Assembly: GCF_001194135.2 (NCBI RefSeq) | Contig: NC_068984.1 | Location: 48,393,606 to 48,445,902 of the forward strand | Direction of reading: 5' to 3' | Source of the DNA: Octopus bimaculoides | Taxonomy: Eukaryota | DNA length: 52,297 nucleotides | In this document: piece after piece, positions 12,530-26,287 of the stretch | How the letters are laid out: each line of letters begins with the position of its first letter | Numbering within the stretch: the stretch's first letter is position 1 | Program-made: the position numbers and the translations under genes | Notes under the pieces: generated by a model | The model's input: the letters and a program-made list of their open reading frames with translations, nothing else | What the model was told of the DNA's origin: nothing | The model's database searches: none

Positions 12530-13720
12530 CAATTTTGGACAAAATAAGGGAAACACCTTAAAATTTCAAACAAATTTATTTTAATATGGGGTAGGACCAC
12601 ATTTGGCAGTAATGACAGCTGGAATTCTACGAGGCATGGACTCCTACTGAGTTTGAATTATTTCCAAAGGAATTTTTGTCCATTCTTCAGCTAAAACAAT
12701 CTGCAGTTCTTGTAATGATGATGGTGGAGGATATCGACTCCGTATATGTTTTTCTAAAATGCACCATAAATGTTCAATAATATTGAGATCTAGGGACTGT
12801 AGTGGCCAGATAAGATGTTCAACTTCACTAGAATGTTCCTCGTATCATTCAGCAACAACTTTAGCTGTGTGAATTGGTACATTATCATCCTGAAAGATTG
12901 CGTTTCCCTCCTGAAACAGCTCCGCAAACATAGGATGAATTTGATCAAATAAAATGCTTAAATAGTCTTAACTATTAATTCTGCTATGAACAGAAACCAA
13001 TGGGCTGGAAGATTTCCAAGATATAGCCCTCAGATCATCAGAGATCCTCCTCCATATTTAACAGTTGGAAGAAGGCAGTCTGGGTCAAATGATTCTTTTG
13101 GCTGTCTCCACGCGTATACTCGGCCGGTGGTCGGAAATAAGTTAAAAGGATGATTCATTCGAGAAAATAACGTTCTTTCACTGTTCTAGGGACCAATTCC
13201 GTAAGTGTTTAGTCCACTTTAAACGCTTTGCAGCGTTTGTTTTTGGAAATAGTGGTTTTTCTGAATGTAGCCCTCCCGTGAAATCTGGCTTTGTGCATCA
13301 CCCGACGAACAGCTTTTGTGGAAACTGGGTTTTCGAGGTGATCATTAAACTCAGCAGTAATTTTGGGAGCTGTACTTGTGTGATTCTTCCTAACAATTCG
13401 CGTAAGAGTCCGACAGTCCCTATTTGAAAGTTTTGACTTTCTTCCGGAGTTTTGTTTCGACGTGAAGGTTATTCCCTCTTTCTCAAAGGCTGTCATTACT
13501 TTCGAGACAGCACCTCCTGATACATCGAACATTTCGGATGTTTTCGTTACGCTAGCGCCTGCCATCCGAGCACCAACAATTTGACCTCTTTAAAATTTCG
13601 ATACATCTGTCATTTTAATGAATTCTTGTCTGATGGTATCAATGCAACATTATTTACTAATTAAATAATGCCCTACTAGCGCAAAAGACGCACTTCTGTT
13701 TGTTATTTGTCACCCATTTT
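12530..13720 (-). mobile_element. Decayed Tc1-family transposon
   Basis: ORF 13209-13565 MAGASVTKTSEMFDVS...GRKSKLSNRDCRTLTRIVRKNHTSTAPKITAEFN (Tc1 paired/HTH region). Further transposase remnants extend towards ~12600; TIR-like GGACAAAATAAGGGAAACACC near 12538. Confidence 0.88.
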
Positions 13721-15099
13721 CTTCTTGCATATNNNNNNNNNNNNNNNNNNNNNNNNNNNNNNNNNNNNNNNNNNNNNNNNNNNNNNNNNNNNNNNNNNNN
13801 NNNNNNNNNNNNNNNNNNNNNNNNNNNNNNNNNNNNNNNNNNNNNNNNNNNNNNNNNNNNNNNNNNNNNNNNNNNNNNNNNNNNNNNNNNNNNNNNNNNN
13901 NNNNNNNNNNNNNNNNNNNNNNNNNNNNNNNNNNNNNNNNNNNNNNNNNNNNNNNNNNNNNNNNNNNNNNNNNNNNNNNNNNNNNNNNNNNNNNNNNNNN
14001 NNNNNNNNNNNNNNNNNNNNNNNNNNNNNNNNNNNNNNNNNNNNNNNNNNNNNNNNNNNNNNNNNNNNNNNNNNNNNNNNNNNNNNNNNNNNNNNNNNNN
14101 NNNNNNNNNNNNNNNNNNNNNNNNNNNNNNNNNNNNNNNNNNNNNNNNNNNNNNNNNNNNNNNNNNNNNNNNNNNNNNNNNNNNNNNNNNNNNNNNNNNN
14201 NNNNNNNNNNNNNNNNNNNNNNNNNNNNNNNNNNNNNNNNNNNNNNNNNNNNNNNNNNNNNNNNNNNNNNNNNNNNNNNNNNNNNNNNNNNNNNNNNNNN
14301 CCTCCCTCACTCCGCTTTCAACCTCCCCCACTCCTATCCCATTCTCCCCCACTCTTCTCTCATGCTACCCTCCCCACCCCTCTCCCATCCTACCCTCCCT
14401 CACTCCTCTCCCAACCTACGCTCCTCCAGTATCTCCCATCCTCCGTTTCTTACACCGTTTCTCACTACTTCTTTCACCTTTTCTTCAATGTTTTCACTCC
14501 TTTCACTCTTTTTTCTCTCTTTTATTTGCTTTATTCTTACATTTTATGAATTTTTTAATATAATTATTTCTTTTCTCTATTTCTTCCTCTCTTCCTGTCT
14601 TCATTTTGACCTCTCCTCATTCTAATCATACAACTTTCCGCCCCTCCCCCACCATATATTCATAAATACTACCAATACATTCTCAAATTTTCATTCACAC
14701 TACAAAACCCCATCGAACAAGCAACACAGTATCCACGGCCCCATACTTTGAAAAGACTAAAAATGAACTACTACTGGAACTTATATACCATGTACAGGAA
14801 ACATTTTTACCACTTCTACACACTTACTATACTCGAATAATGTAACTCCAGCTATCTTATTTTGTATTTTATTTCTACTTTCAATCTCTTATTTCGCTCT
14901 ATATTCCATATCTCCCCCTTTTCCATAATAATGCCTTATTTTGAACTCACATATTTGCCTCTGTTTAAGCATCTCACATCATCTCTGATGGAGAGATATC
15001 CATAATATCCCAGAAACAGTCGTAAGAATATATCTATGTCTCTTTATTTATAAATGTCCTGAAAACTCCTCAAAGTCTGGGTTTTGTCATCTCATTTTG

Positions 15100-15138
<39 letters not shown>

Positions 15139-15144
15139 GTGTGT

Positions 15145-15345
15145 ATTTCTGTCTGTGTTTGTTTCCCGCCACCATCGCTTAGAAACCGATGCTGGTGTGT
15201 GTACGTTCCCGTAACCTAGCGGTTCGACAGAAGATAAGGAGAGAATAAACACGAGGCTTAAAAAGAATGAGCCCAGGCTAGATATTCTTTAAGAGGTGGT
15301 GCTCCAGCATGGCCACAGTCAAATGACTAAAACAAGAAAGTAAAA
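15145..15345 (+). mobile_element. SINE family B
   Basis: CCCGTAACCTAGCGGTTCGAC...GGTGCTCCAGCATGGCCACAGTCAAATGACTAAAACAAG. Confidence 0.85.
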
Positions 15346-15498
15346 GGTTAATATATATATATATATATAGGGATATATGTGTGTGTATATGGATATGTAT
15401 ATATGTATATATATATGGGAGAATATACAAATAATAACAACAGACGAGGACAGGTGGTGTAAATAAGAAAAGTATATATTAGTATGACGCTCGGGAAT

Positions 15499-15531
<33 letters not shown>

Positions 15532-15541
15532 NNNNNNNNNN

Positions 15542-15592
<51 letters not shown>

Positions 15593-15594
15593 AT

Positions 15595-15875
15595 AGCCTC
15601 AGGTCCACCAAAGCCTTGTGAGTGGATTTCTTACACGGAAACTGAAATATACATGTGTATATCTGAGTGTGTCTGTGTGCCTCTGTGTGTCTACGTTTGT
15701 ACCGCCATCATTACGTCACAACCGATGTTGCTGTGTTTATGTTCCCATGACTTAGCGGTTCGGCAAATGAAACAGATATGATAATTACTATGCTTACAAA
15801 GAATAAATCCAAAGGTGATGCTCCAGTTTGTTCGGAGTCACATGTCTGAAAGAAGTAAGACAATTAAAAACTTAT
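15595..15875 (+). mobile_element. SINE family B, older copy
   Basis: CCAAAGCCTTGTGAGTGGATTT...GGAAACTGAA, TG tract, GACTTAGCGGTTCGGCAAA...GGTGATGCTCCAG. Confidence 0.75.
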
Positions 15876-16479
15876 GCCTTTTTAATCCAGAACAAGGCCG
15901 AGTATCTCTACTTGCATATATAAATATATATATATAATAAGATTTTATATATTTCTAGAAGCATTATATACGGAATATAAGGTTGAAAGATTTAAAAGGT
16001 CAAACAATGTAAATATATTTTAAGTTGAATTAACGTAAACTAAAAGTAAGTTACCTGGTAATCTTTGGTCGTATATGTTTCCAATATTTCGCGACATAGA
16101 AGTCCTTTCTTCAGGGTTAAAAAGGAACTGTCCTTGGAATGATGTTTTTTGTCGGACATAAAATACTTCTCTTCGTGAATGTTAGTGACGTCAATTATTA
16201 ACTTATCGCTCCACAAATCAATTTTCATCACCTCTTTTCTAATATATACCAAATGTGCCTGTGTGTGTATGTCATGTTATGTATTGCGTGCTTAGCTCCA
16301 ATCTATTATTTATTTGTGGGTTTAATTTATAGATAATCAAAGCTTCCTTAATTCTTAAGTTGCCGAGATTTCTATCATTGGCTTCAATAGTAACTTTGAT
16401 GTGTTGGCCGCATAGCCTATTCAGTTTGTTTTCCTGTCTTGTTTTCTTTTCCGTTTGCTTTCCTGTCTTGTTTTTTGTA

Positions 16480-16713
16480 TGCCACTACATTCCTCTATGG
16501 CACAGGTTTAATTTGTGTATACAAATTTAATTTGCGGTCCATGGGAAGAGCCGTTTTAACGATGCGTCCTGCCCAACTCTTCGAAACGCCGGTGTTAAAA
16601 TGGGGGTAGCTGATGAAGGAAAATGTTCTCTATGTGGCTTGTGTTTTCTGTACTCTGGTTATAATTATTTTCTTGTCTACGTTTTGTTTGCAATGTCCTG
16701 TACCCAGATATGC
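16480..16713 (+). repeat. Probable PLE-derived terminal-repeat remnant
   Basis: Contains CGAAACGCCGGTGTT and CTGATGAAGG (hammerhead-core words) plus the pairing arms CCGTTTTAAC/GTTAAAATGG; family assignment is inference. Confidence 0.35.
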
Positions 16714-16723
16714 NNNNNNNNNN

Positions 16724-16788
<65 letters not shown>

Positions 16789-16791
16789 TAG

Positions 16792-16830
<39 letters not shown>

Positions 16831-17219
16831 ATTGCGGGTGTGGGTGCGCGCCGCGTGTATGGCGCGTGTATTTATGTTTCTATGCATGTCTACGTATGTA
16901 TACGGGTAAGAGGATAAGCGATTCGTTCTCTTCCACTCTGACAAGTTACTTTCGTTTCATGAGCCTACGAATCGAAGTTTCGTGGGGAAGAATCAAGGTA
17001 TTATTAAATATACATACACATACATACATAAGCATACATACAGATACGCACACTCACACTCACACACTCACATACACACACACACATATATACATACACA
17101 CACACCACCCACACTCAAACACATATATGTATAACCTTTTTCTCATAGGTGATAAGTCTATCCTCACTTAGCACTGTAGCTACAGCATTTAAAATCTTAC
17201 GACAGTAATGAAATAAATA

Positions 17220-17370
17220 TCGATATATTCGACTAAAACCACTTTATCCTGTATCCCAGCATGACCAGGATTCAAGCAGACTAAAAAAAGAAGTATATAA
17301 TTGAATTCTTATTTTATTAGCCACGGGATGACAAATAGTAAAATGTACCACGGTATGATTTGAACTTTAA
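17220..17370. mobile_element. Adjacent SINE fragments (family B tail on +, family A on -)
   Basis: ATTCGACTAAAA...CCCAGCATGACC, then CTTATTTTATTAGCCACGGGATGA...GATTTGAACT. Confidence 0.5.
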
Positions 17371-17819
17371 ATGAAAATAGATACTATATAAGAAAAGCAG
17401 CCTTATTTGCCCACCCCTGTCCTTTTGGGATTGAAATGCTAAGGATATTAGCAACAGTTTATCATACTTGCGCACCACTGAATATAAACGATGTTAGAAT
17501 GCTGGTGAGAAACGAAAATTTAGAATTTTACTATTTTATTACAGAGATAGGAATTTTTGTCATTCGATACAATTTCTTCTGTACACGTTTTGCAGAGTTT
17601 TATATAATTTCTATTCTATAAAGATTCTACAAAATTTTTTACGTTGAAATTTTTACTTGTTGTTCCCTAACTAAACACATCAATTTAGAATATTGGCTTT
17701 TCATTCCTTGCTGTGCTCCTCGACGCTTTGAAACTGTTTATTCGTGCCAAAACACCAGCAATGTGTTAAATGTTATACTGCCTTTACTACTAAACCATAA
17801 CAAATACATTTCTTCATTG

Positions 17820-17995
17820 TTTATTAGTTTGCATGCTGCTATTGTTTTTGTTGTTGCATGCTGTTATTGTTTTTGTTGTTGATGTTGTTGTTGCTGTTGC
17901 TCTTTTTGTTACTACTCTGGTTGTCGTTTTTGTTAGTTTAGCAATTGATGTTGATGTAATTTTTTGCTATTTTCTTGCAGTTAACATTTCTTGTT
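17820..17995. repeat. Degenerate (GTT)n tract
   Basis: Visible directly. Confidence 0.75.
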
Positions 17996-19200
17996 GCTGA
18001 GTTTGAATTTCCAGATTTTCATTTCTTTACGCATATTTTATTAATGTTATTTGTAAACTTTCTTTTCTTTCCATGTTTTGTTTTGGGGGCTGAATTCTCT
18101 GACCATCAAGACAAAAGCGTGTTCAAAAATTTAATTTGCAAATCCATACATTGATAAAATGTTTTTGATTTGAAAAACAAAATTCTCCCCCAGTGAAGGA
18201 AAGAAAACAAAGAAACTAAATGAAATGATAAATGAAAGGAAACCTGTTTACGAGTGAACGTGAAGAAGAATTGAATAGTAAACATGACGAAAATTTCAAC
18301 TTCTATACTTTTCACATTTCGAGTTGCTTTTATGCAGAACACGATTTTCATAGAATGAATTATCAGACTTGGCCTGAATACAAATCCTCACTGATTAATA
18401 CGAAAATAAGGCATGTATAATGAGCCTGTTTTATGGAAGGGATGAGGGAATACATTCTTAAATTGCAATCTCATGGTTCTCGTTTTCAATTCTAATCCAG
18501 GTAAATTCAAATAATTTACTGAGAGTACAATTGAAATCTCTTAACACTCCTTAAGTTTCAAATACTAAAAAGATCTGGCAAATATTATCTAATCCAACGT
18601 TATTTTGAAAATACAATTTCATATATACTTTTAAAATTTAAAGCCCATCACAAGCGTAAACCTTTTGCTTAAGAGAGAGAATATGGGTAAGTGTGGTAGG
18701 AATGGCTTCGATTAATCATTTAAACCCTTCACGCGTCCACCCGCCAAAGGAGCCTTGATAAAATAACTTAAAAAGTCACATTTTGTACTTGAAGTTTGGA
18801 ACGATTTCAGTAGTAAGTCTTGAATAATATATACTCACGCGTAAAACTACAAAAATAATTTTTTGCAGCATTATGTTTTCAGATAATATTCTTACTGTAA
18901 AAAAAAATCTAATATTTATTTTCTCAAGGTGAATTGTACACAAACAACAAAAATAGAAATATAGAGAAAATCCCATGTTACTTAAAGATTACCGTATAAA
19001 AGAAAGGTTCTCATATGTTAAAAATAAGTTTGAGAGAAAAAAAAATGTGCATGTTTTGGCCATAAGAGGTTTTTTGTCGTAGAAGGAAATAATTTCATTT
19101 CACTGAAGGGGCTGGCTTTTGCTGACGCCCAGCTTATCAAAGTTCAAAGTTCTTTTCATTGCATCTTAATACTAAGTATATATATAGGTGTGTATGAGGT

Positions 19201-19239
<39 letters not shown>

Positions 19240-22200
19240 TGTGTATGTGTGTATGTGTGTGAATCAGTGAGTGAGTGAGTGAGTGAGTGAGTGAGTGAGT
19301 GACTAGCTGAGTGTGTGTGTATGTGTGTTTGTGTGTGTTTTTCTTGCGTAACAAATTCTCTTTCTATTAATAGTTTTTCTAAGAATTGTTTGCCTTTCGA
19401 AACTAAATCCATACGTCTTTCTTTTCTGTGGCACAAATATCGATACAAGATTGTTAGTAATGTATAAAGACTAATGGTTAATAGCTTGATAATCTTGAAG
19501 CAATTAGTACTAAACTTGAACGTCTGACATCTGGTGTTGAGAACAGTTTAAAAGCTTTTTAAAAGATAGGATACCGATATGTAAAGTTTGGGTCGTTGGT
19601 CCATTAGATATAACCTGGTGTAATAAGTAGAAACATTTGGTGCCTTGAAAAGGAATGGTTGCAGTTTATCTTAGAACAAATGCAATCAAGCAGACTTAGA
19701 GTGAAAGACATTCCAGTGAGAATAAGCTCTACATATTTACAGTAAAATAAGAATATATTATTAAATAGAGACTTTCTTTCTATCACGTTATTTGAGGGAT
19801 ACTAGGTGTAATGTCACTCGTTGCAAACGACCTTGTTGAAATGTCCGTCTGGTGATAGTTGCACTATTGTAGTTAGCTAAACAGCATTCAGATAAGGCAG
19901 GAATATACTTGTGTTTTGAACAGAGTCAGAAACTCTATTCCTCGTCCTGAATTCTCTCGTCTTACTGAGGAAAACTAGGCATAGTGTGGCTGATACATCT
20001 ACGTTGTTAATCAACTTTCATCATGAAATACTGGTAGAGATGACACAGTACGTAAACAGTTTTAATTAGATGCTACTCATTCACAGAACAGTTGTGATAA
20101 ACTACTTTATAACACCAAATTTGTCCGTTTCATATTGCATGAAGCTTGGATGTTGTGAAATAGTGACAGTCCTATTTCATTATCAAATCCCCATGAAATG
20201 TGAAACAAGATCATCCTTTTCAACCGTGTCTGTCAAGTATCATATAAAGAGATACACCTGCCGAGTATATTTCACTTATATCATTGCAATACTTCCATTA
20301 CTTTTTTCAAGAGGGGATTTACTAACACTTTGAACAGTTTTCTTTTAGATTTAGGTTTGAATGCTTAACTATTCTTATCTAAGGTAAAGATTCCTTTAGG
20401 ATAAACATTATTTTGTGGTTTCTGTTCTAATAGTGTTCTTTTTGACTTTGAAGAAATGTCAGAAGAAAATATTTGCGGATGAAATTTAAATGTTTAATTT
20501 TTTTTTATTATTATTTCTAAGAACTTTTCTCATAGCATATGAGATAAATATGTGTAATCGAATTAAGTGCCATCAAATATAAGGACTTCACAGGATTCCG
20601 TGGCTTATGATATGAAGAAACTAAAAACAAAATTTCAGAACCAATATTCACTGCAGATCTACACACAGCATTCGAAATGTATAAACACATTTCACATCTA
20701 CCCACTAAAGAAAAAACACATTTTGCCTCAAAATACCTCGACCAAGAAATGATAGAATTGCTACGCGGGAAAGTTAATTTTTACATTGTAGAGGCTAAGT
20801 ATTTTTTGAAGTTGCACAACTGAAACGAAGCGACGCATTACAGAACTATAAAAACCATTCAGTCTCAGAAACTGATTTAGAATTCCAAAATTCTAAATTA
20901 CCTGTAAGAAACATTCAATTTCAGTATTTCAACCTTCTGTGGTAACAACGTCGAATAGTAAATGGATTTTGAACGATATATGATAATTACAATTTTAGTT
21001 AGGTGATAAATGCTTCCAATTAGATTTTGAAAGAGGAAATGATTTTTATTTGAATGCTTATTTTTCCTGTAGAATTTCATTGTATAATTCATACTGTATT
21101 AAATTTAAGCGTAATGACAGAACACTTTCTTTGTATAAAAAGATAAATAACTCTACGTAAGTTTTTACATGAGTGCATATCATATCTTTTCAAAATATCA
21201 TGAACATTAAAATTATTGTAAAGTAATTCTGAAGTTAGATTTCTCCTTTATAGTTTTGGAAAAAAAAAACATTATAAAAATTGTCTTCTTTATAATTTAA
21301 TTTAGCAATCCAATTTGTGAATATTTTTAAAAGGGTAAAAATATTATGGGCTCAACGCTGAATGATTTCCAATAAACTACAATAAGATTAGATTGTTCTG
21401 TGATACAATGTTTTTATGGAACGCCTTTATATAGAAAATAGTTTTAAGTAGTCTGGATGACAGTTCAGATTTACTTCCAGTATTTTGTTATTTTCTAAAC
21501 AGAACATGTTTTACTTGATTTCCACTATTCCAGGGTGATTTGGAATGTGTACTCTCAGCCAAGATTCTAATAATTTGTCTGTCTGTCTTCTCAATAGTTC
21601 CACACTTACATTATTGCAGGTTTAATATGATGGCTGCTGAGTAAAAGCCCATTATATAATATGATGGCTGCTCAGCAATGTTTTAAACCACGTGGTCTGC
21701 TTAGTCATTTTGCAGTGAATTACCATTATGACGTTGCAAAACATTTTTTTAATATAAACGATGCATGTTTTATAATTTATATAAGATGTATTTTGCACTA
21801 CAAAGATAGTATGTATTTGATATCATGACTACATTCACTTACAGAATATTAATAATGTGATCAGTCAAACAATAAACGTAACAGCCTACATCTATCTTTA
21901 ACGTTACATCTATGCTAATAATATACGTTACATGTATGTTAAGCGACGGAAGACGTCCAACAGTAACTTCAGTTGAAAGTTTTAACATGTTTACACCCTA
22001 AAATAGATAAAGTCTATAAAGCATATAATACTGTTTTATGCATAAAGTAATGTGTCTAATACTAGATGAAGGCAACACTTTTCTAACAATTTACATTCGT
22101 AATTTTTCGAGAACTCATATTGTCAGTACACTTTTTGTAGTTGCATGAAAAACAAAATTACGTTACATCTGAGAAAAGCTAATTCCAAAGACTCTGCTGT

Positions 22201-22670
22201 ATCGAACGGCACGAAGTCTAATGATTTCGCCGTACAATCAAAAACGAACAGAAAAATATTTACTCATAATCTTTAAATTTCAATATGTCCAATGACTACA
22301 ATGTGAAAGTTATGTTTACCTAATCTCTTTGCTCATTACATGGACGGCGGAAGTACTTCAATTCAAAAAAAAAAATCCATTCATGAAGAATGATAAAGAA
22401 ATAAGGCTAGCGCTAGATATAAATAAGAAATGAATGACTACCTAAATATTTCTAAAATTTTGTGAAACGGTGACTGATATTATACTATGAAATGGCATAA
22501 TATCTCGAGCGTTCGTCTTTGGTAAATTTGTCAGAAATGCACAAACATGTGAGATTTCAGAAATATTTACCCTCAATTCCTCATTTATGTGCATCATGGT
22601 GTATATTGTATAGTGAGCTGGCACGAGATATGGTCTCAGCAGGATTTTGATCAATTTATATCAGTCTAAT

Positions 22671-22675
<5 letters not shown>

Positions 22676-22719
<44 letters not shown>

Positions 22720-22740
22720 GGATAGATAGATAGATAGACG
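22676..22740. repeat. (TAGA)n microsatellite
   Basis: Visible directly. Confidence 0.95.
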
Positions 22741-23197
22741 ATAAAGAAACGGGAAGAATGTTATTCGAATATGCCTAATAATTAGATCTTGGCATATTTA
22801 AAACTTCCAATGCAGGGCATCTAGATATTCTGGTAAATATTCAACTCCTCATTGGCTGTTGTACTAAAGACTCATTTGTTTAGCCACACAATATATAACA
22901 CGTAACGAAGCGGCCACTAAATATATCAGTATTTGAAATATGAGTGAGGAAGCTAGTGAAAACTGTCTTTATAAGACAGATGAGAATATATTTTTGGACG
23001 GTTGAATATATATCACGAGTCACCTAGAACAAATTGCCCATGAACTTAAGCAGTAAATATGCATGTATGTTTGTATGTATGTATGTATGTATGTATGTAT
23101 GTATGCTTGTATGTATGCATGCATGCAGGCATGTATGTATGTATCTATGTATGCATGTATGTATGTATCTATTTGCGACTCAATAAGTTAAGTATCA

Positions 23198-23412
23198 AAG
23201 GCAACGAGCTGGCAGAAACTTTAGCTCGCAGGGCGAAAAGCTTAGCGATATTTCATCTGTCTTTACGTTCTGTGTTCACATTCCACCGAGGTCTACTCAG
23301 CCTTTCATTCTCTCGGGTCGATAAATTAAGTATCAGTTGCGTACTCGTGTCGACCTAATCGACTGGTCTCCTCTCCCAAAATTTCGGGCCTTGTGCCTAG
23401 AGTAGAAAATAA
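23198..23412 (+). mobile_element. SINE family A, near full length
   Basis: GGCAACGAGCTGGCAGAAACTTTAGC...CAGCCTTTCATTCTCTCGGGTCGATAAATTAAGTATCAG (resembles the Nin central domain from recall)...TGTGCCTAGAGTAGAAAATAATAA. Confidence 0.88.
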
Positions 23413-23639
23413 TAATTTAAGTATCAATCATTTATCACACTCCATCAAATTTGCCACAATAGTTTAATAATATTTATTTTATTGATCAGTGAAGGAAAAA
23501 ATGCAAAATCGCCCCCTTCGAATTTTCATATCTTGAACGCAAAAATGAAACGAATATAAGTAAATTCTATCAACTACTTATATCTCTTGCCCCTGCTTGA
23601 ATCTTTCGATCCATCGAGCAATAGTATTACTAATATTTC

Positions 23640-23785
23640 GTTAATATTGATTTATATTGGAAACCCATAAGCACACATTTGGGGAGAGGTTAGTGTCTAT
23701 TTATCAATGCTATTATTTTACTGGCACTTTATTTCATTGAGCTTTCAAAACTAACAAGGTTAAGTTGACTCCGTAGGGATTTTAT
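23640..23785 (-). mobile_element. Very degenerate SINE family A
   Basis: GGGGAGAGGTTAGTG...ACTGGCACTTTATTTCATTGAG...AAGGTTAAGTTGACTCCG aligns by eye with the reverse complement of family A. Confidence 0.45.
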
Positions 23786-24635
23786 TAATAACAGAGATGC
23801 CTATAATATATAGTATGCACAGAAATTTTGTGAGGATTGTAGACCATTATATTTCATTTAGTATCTGAATAATAAATGTGAACATCGATCTCGGCGTGAC
23901 TTGAAATTTGTCGTTTATTTCATTCATAAAAAGACTTAACTAAATATATTTCTGTACATTCTGTTAGACAAACGCCTTCTAAGTTTTGTTATATTTACAA
24001 TAATTTCTATCATAAATTTATACGATAATTTCCTAAACTCTTCGCATTGTATTGTATTGTCCCTTAGCATCTCCATTTCAGATCCCCTGTGTCGATGGGT
24101 TTATGTTTTACACCAACAGAGTCGTTAGATCCAGTACTATTCATGTATTATATGTATTTGCAAATATAAGATCCAAACCATTCATCTCACAAATGTCAGA
24201 TATTCTACTAGTCGGCTGACTCATCTCAATAATGTAAAGCAGAAAGATATAGATTGCAGTATTTGATTGTTTCTCTAGCCTTCATCGATAATATCACTTC
24301 TACTGAAGATAATACTGAAGATAATGATAATCATGATGAGGATTATAAGGATGACGAAGGGGATGAAAGTGGAGGTTCTTTTCCATCAATTTTCTCTCGT
24401 TTATCAATACAAATGTCTTTGCAAGCGCTTCTGGTATGGGATCTTGCCGTGTTGTTTTTTGGCATGGGGATCTGTTCAATGATAATTTGGCAATTAAACC
24501 ATTGCACAAATTTAGCGAGAGAGCATGGAATTTTCTGCTAATGCACTGATAGTTCAAGCATATATAGCCCTACCACTAGCATACCTTCTATCACCAGTAT
24601 CAACACTACTTCCAAATACCAACACTAATAACAGA

Positions 24636-24692
24636 GACACCACCACCACCACCACCACTACCACCACCACTACCACCACCACTACCACCATC
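24636..24692. repeat. (ACC/ACT)n microsatellite
   Basis: Visible directly; source of the poly-Thr ORF. Confidence 0.9.
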
Positions 24693-25664
24693 ATAACGTC
24701 AGCTTCAGCCACATCCAAAACAATAACAATAAAAAATCAACAGCAATATAAAAAAAGAACGAGAAAAAACACAGCATCAGTTCCACTGAAGGAGAAAAAA
24801 ATGAGACCCTTGGTTTGCAAAATAATTAATGAATCACTGCAAAAATAGATTGTAAAATGAAAGGGATCAATATGAATAGTTTTGAGTTTTAGGTCTAGGA
24901 TAAAAGACCTTGAAAAAAATCCATCATTATCTTTGGAAGCCAGAAGCTGAGCAAACCACCGCTGAAGTGTAACACCGAAAAAGGAAAAGCGAAAATAAAA
25001 TAAAACATCATTATAGCTGTGAATAAAAGAATATGAATAGTGAGAAACGCCAAGAAAGAAACAGTTTACAGGTTCTTTTTTTTTCCACTTTCATCCATGA
25101 AAGATTGCAATGTTGGATGGTGAATTTGGCGTGGACAATTAAAATTAACTTCTCTGCATGCGAGCTAAATCCACAGAGAGTGGTTCAGTTTCTATTTGAA
25201 GCAGTTAAATTAATATCTTTAAAACTGGTGATAGAATCACACATTTAAACATATATTTCTTCTACATTACACGTGCTCCAGCAAAATAGATAACGTTTTC
25301 CTACATCTTGCTTTCAGTTTTCCAATGTCATATAAAACGATTACCCCTTTGACATATAAGTAATATTAATTTATCTGGATTAATTGTTTCTAATGAAATG
25401 TATCTATTTCAAATTATGTAAAAGTTTGGGAATCTCGAAATTCATAAATTCTCGAAAGGCTTCTAATATTCTTTATTGATTGACAAATTATTTTGAAATA
25501 AATTTTCAAACGTCTAAATTTTTTAAGCATTGATTTTTTTTGTGTTTGTATGTGTCTAAACTTTATTAAATGGAAATTTAATTCTTTTCTCGATTTAGAT
25601 TTATGCAAAGCCATATGGTGTTAATATTTATGGGAAACTAATATCTTGTTTCACAAATATAAAA

Positions 25665-25709
<45 letters not shown>

Positions 25710-26287
25710 ATCTATATCTATATGTGTCTGTATATATGTGTGTATATATTATGAATGTATGCATATGTTTATATGTATTTGTATGCATTGAAACGCTTTC
25801 AAATGTCAGTCTTTCAAACAGTTTCCCTATTAAGTACACATGTTTCTAAACAGTTCAAGTAAAAAAGATCATTTACAAAATTAAGGTACACTGTTCTATC
25901 TGATTCCTGCATGCATCACTGTTAGACATATAGAAATGCAGTCTAGTGCACGGTGCTCAGGAATACTTAGAACTTATAAAATTCCTCATACATGCTTGAC
26001 TACATTAAATATGACACATTTCGTAAAATTTCAAGACCATACGATTAATATATTCCAAATTTTATTTGTAATGTAGTACTTAAAGCAACTGAGCCGAGTA
26101 ACGGTCAAAATACTTGCTGGAACAGGCGTTAGATTCGAATGCAATGCCCAAACAAATACCAGAGCTCAATCACAATCACATAGCAAAATTGAGGCCGGTA
26201 TTGGTTTAGACCAATTCTTCCCATCGAGATGTTTTTTTTTTTTTGTTTTTTTTTACGGATCCTGTAAAGGCTGGACCCATATTTTGG

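Noticed and set aside
13657-14563. Long ORFs spanning N-gaps (also 28206-28989, 35175-36123, 39255-39962 and others)
   Set aside because: Length comes from Ns and microsatellites.
20560-20820. Protein-like near-open plus frame (EPIFTADLHTAFEMYKH...)
   Set aside because: Weak splice sites and no recognisable motif.
21623-21672. 16-bp direct repeat TAATATGATGGCTGCT with an 18-bp spacer
   Set aside because: Only two units; local slippage, not a CRISPR or other array.
24254-24848. Acidic and poly-Thr ORFs
   Set aside because: Derived from decayed (GAT)n and (ACC)n repeats; no domain signal.
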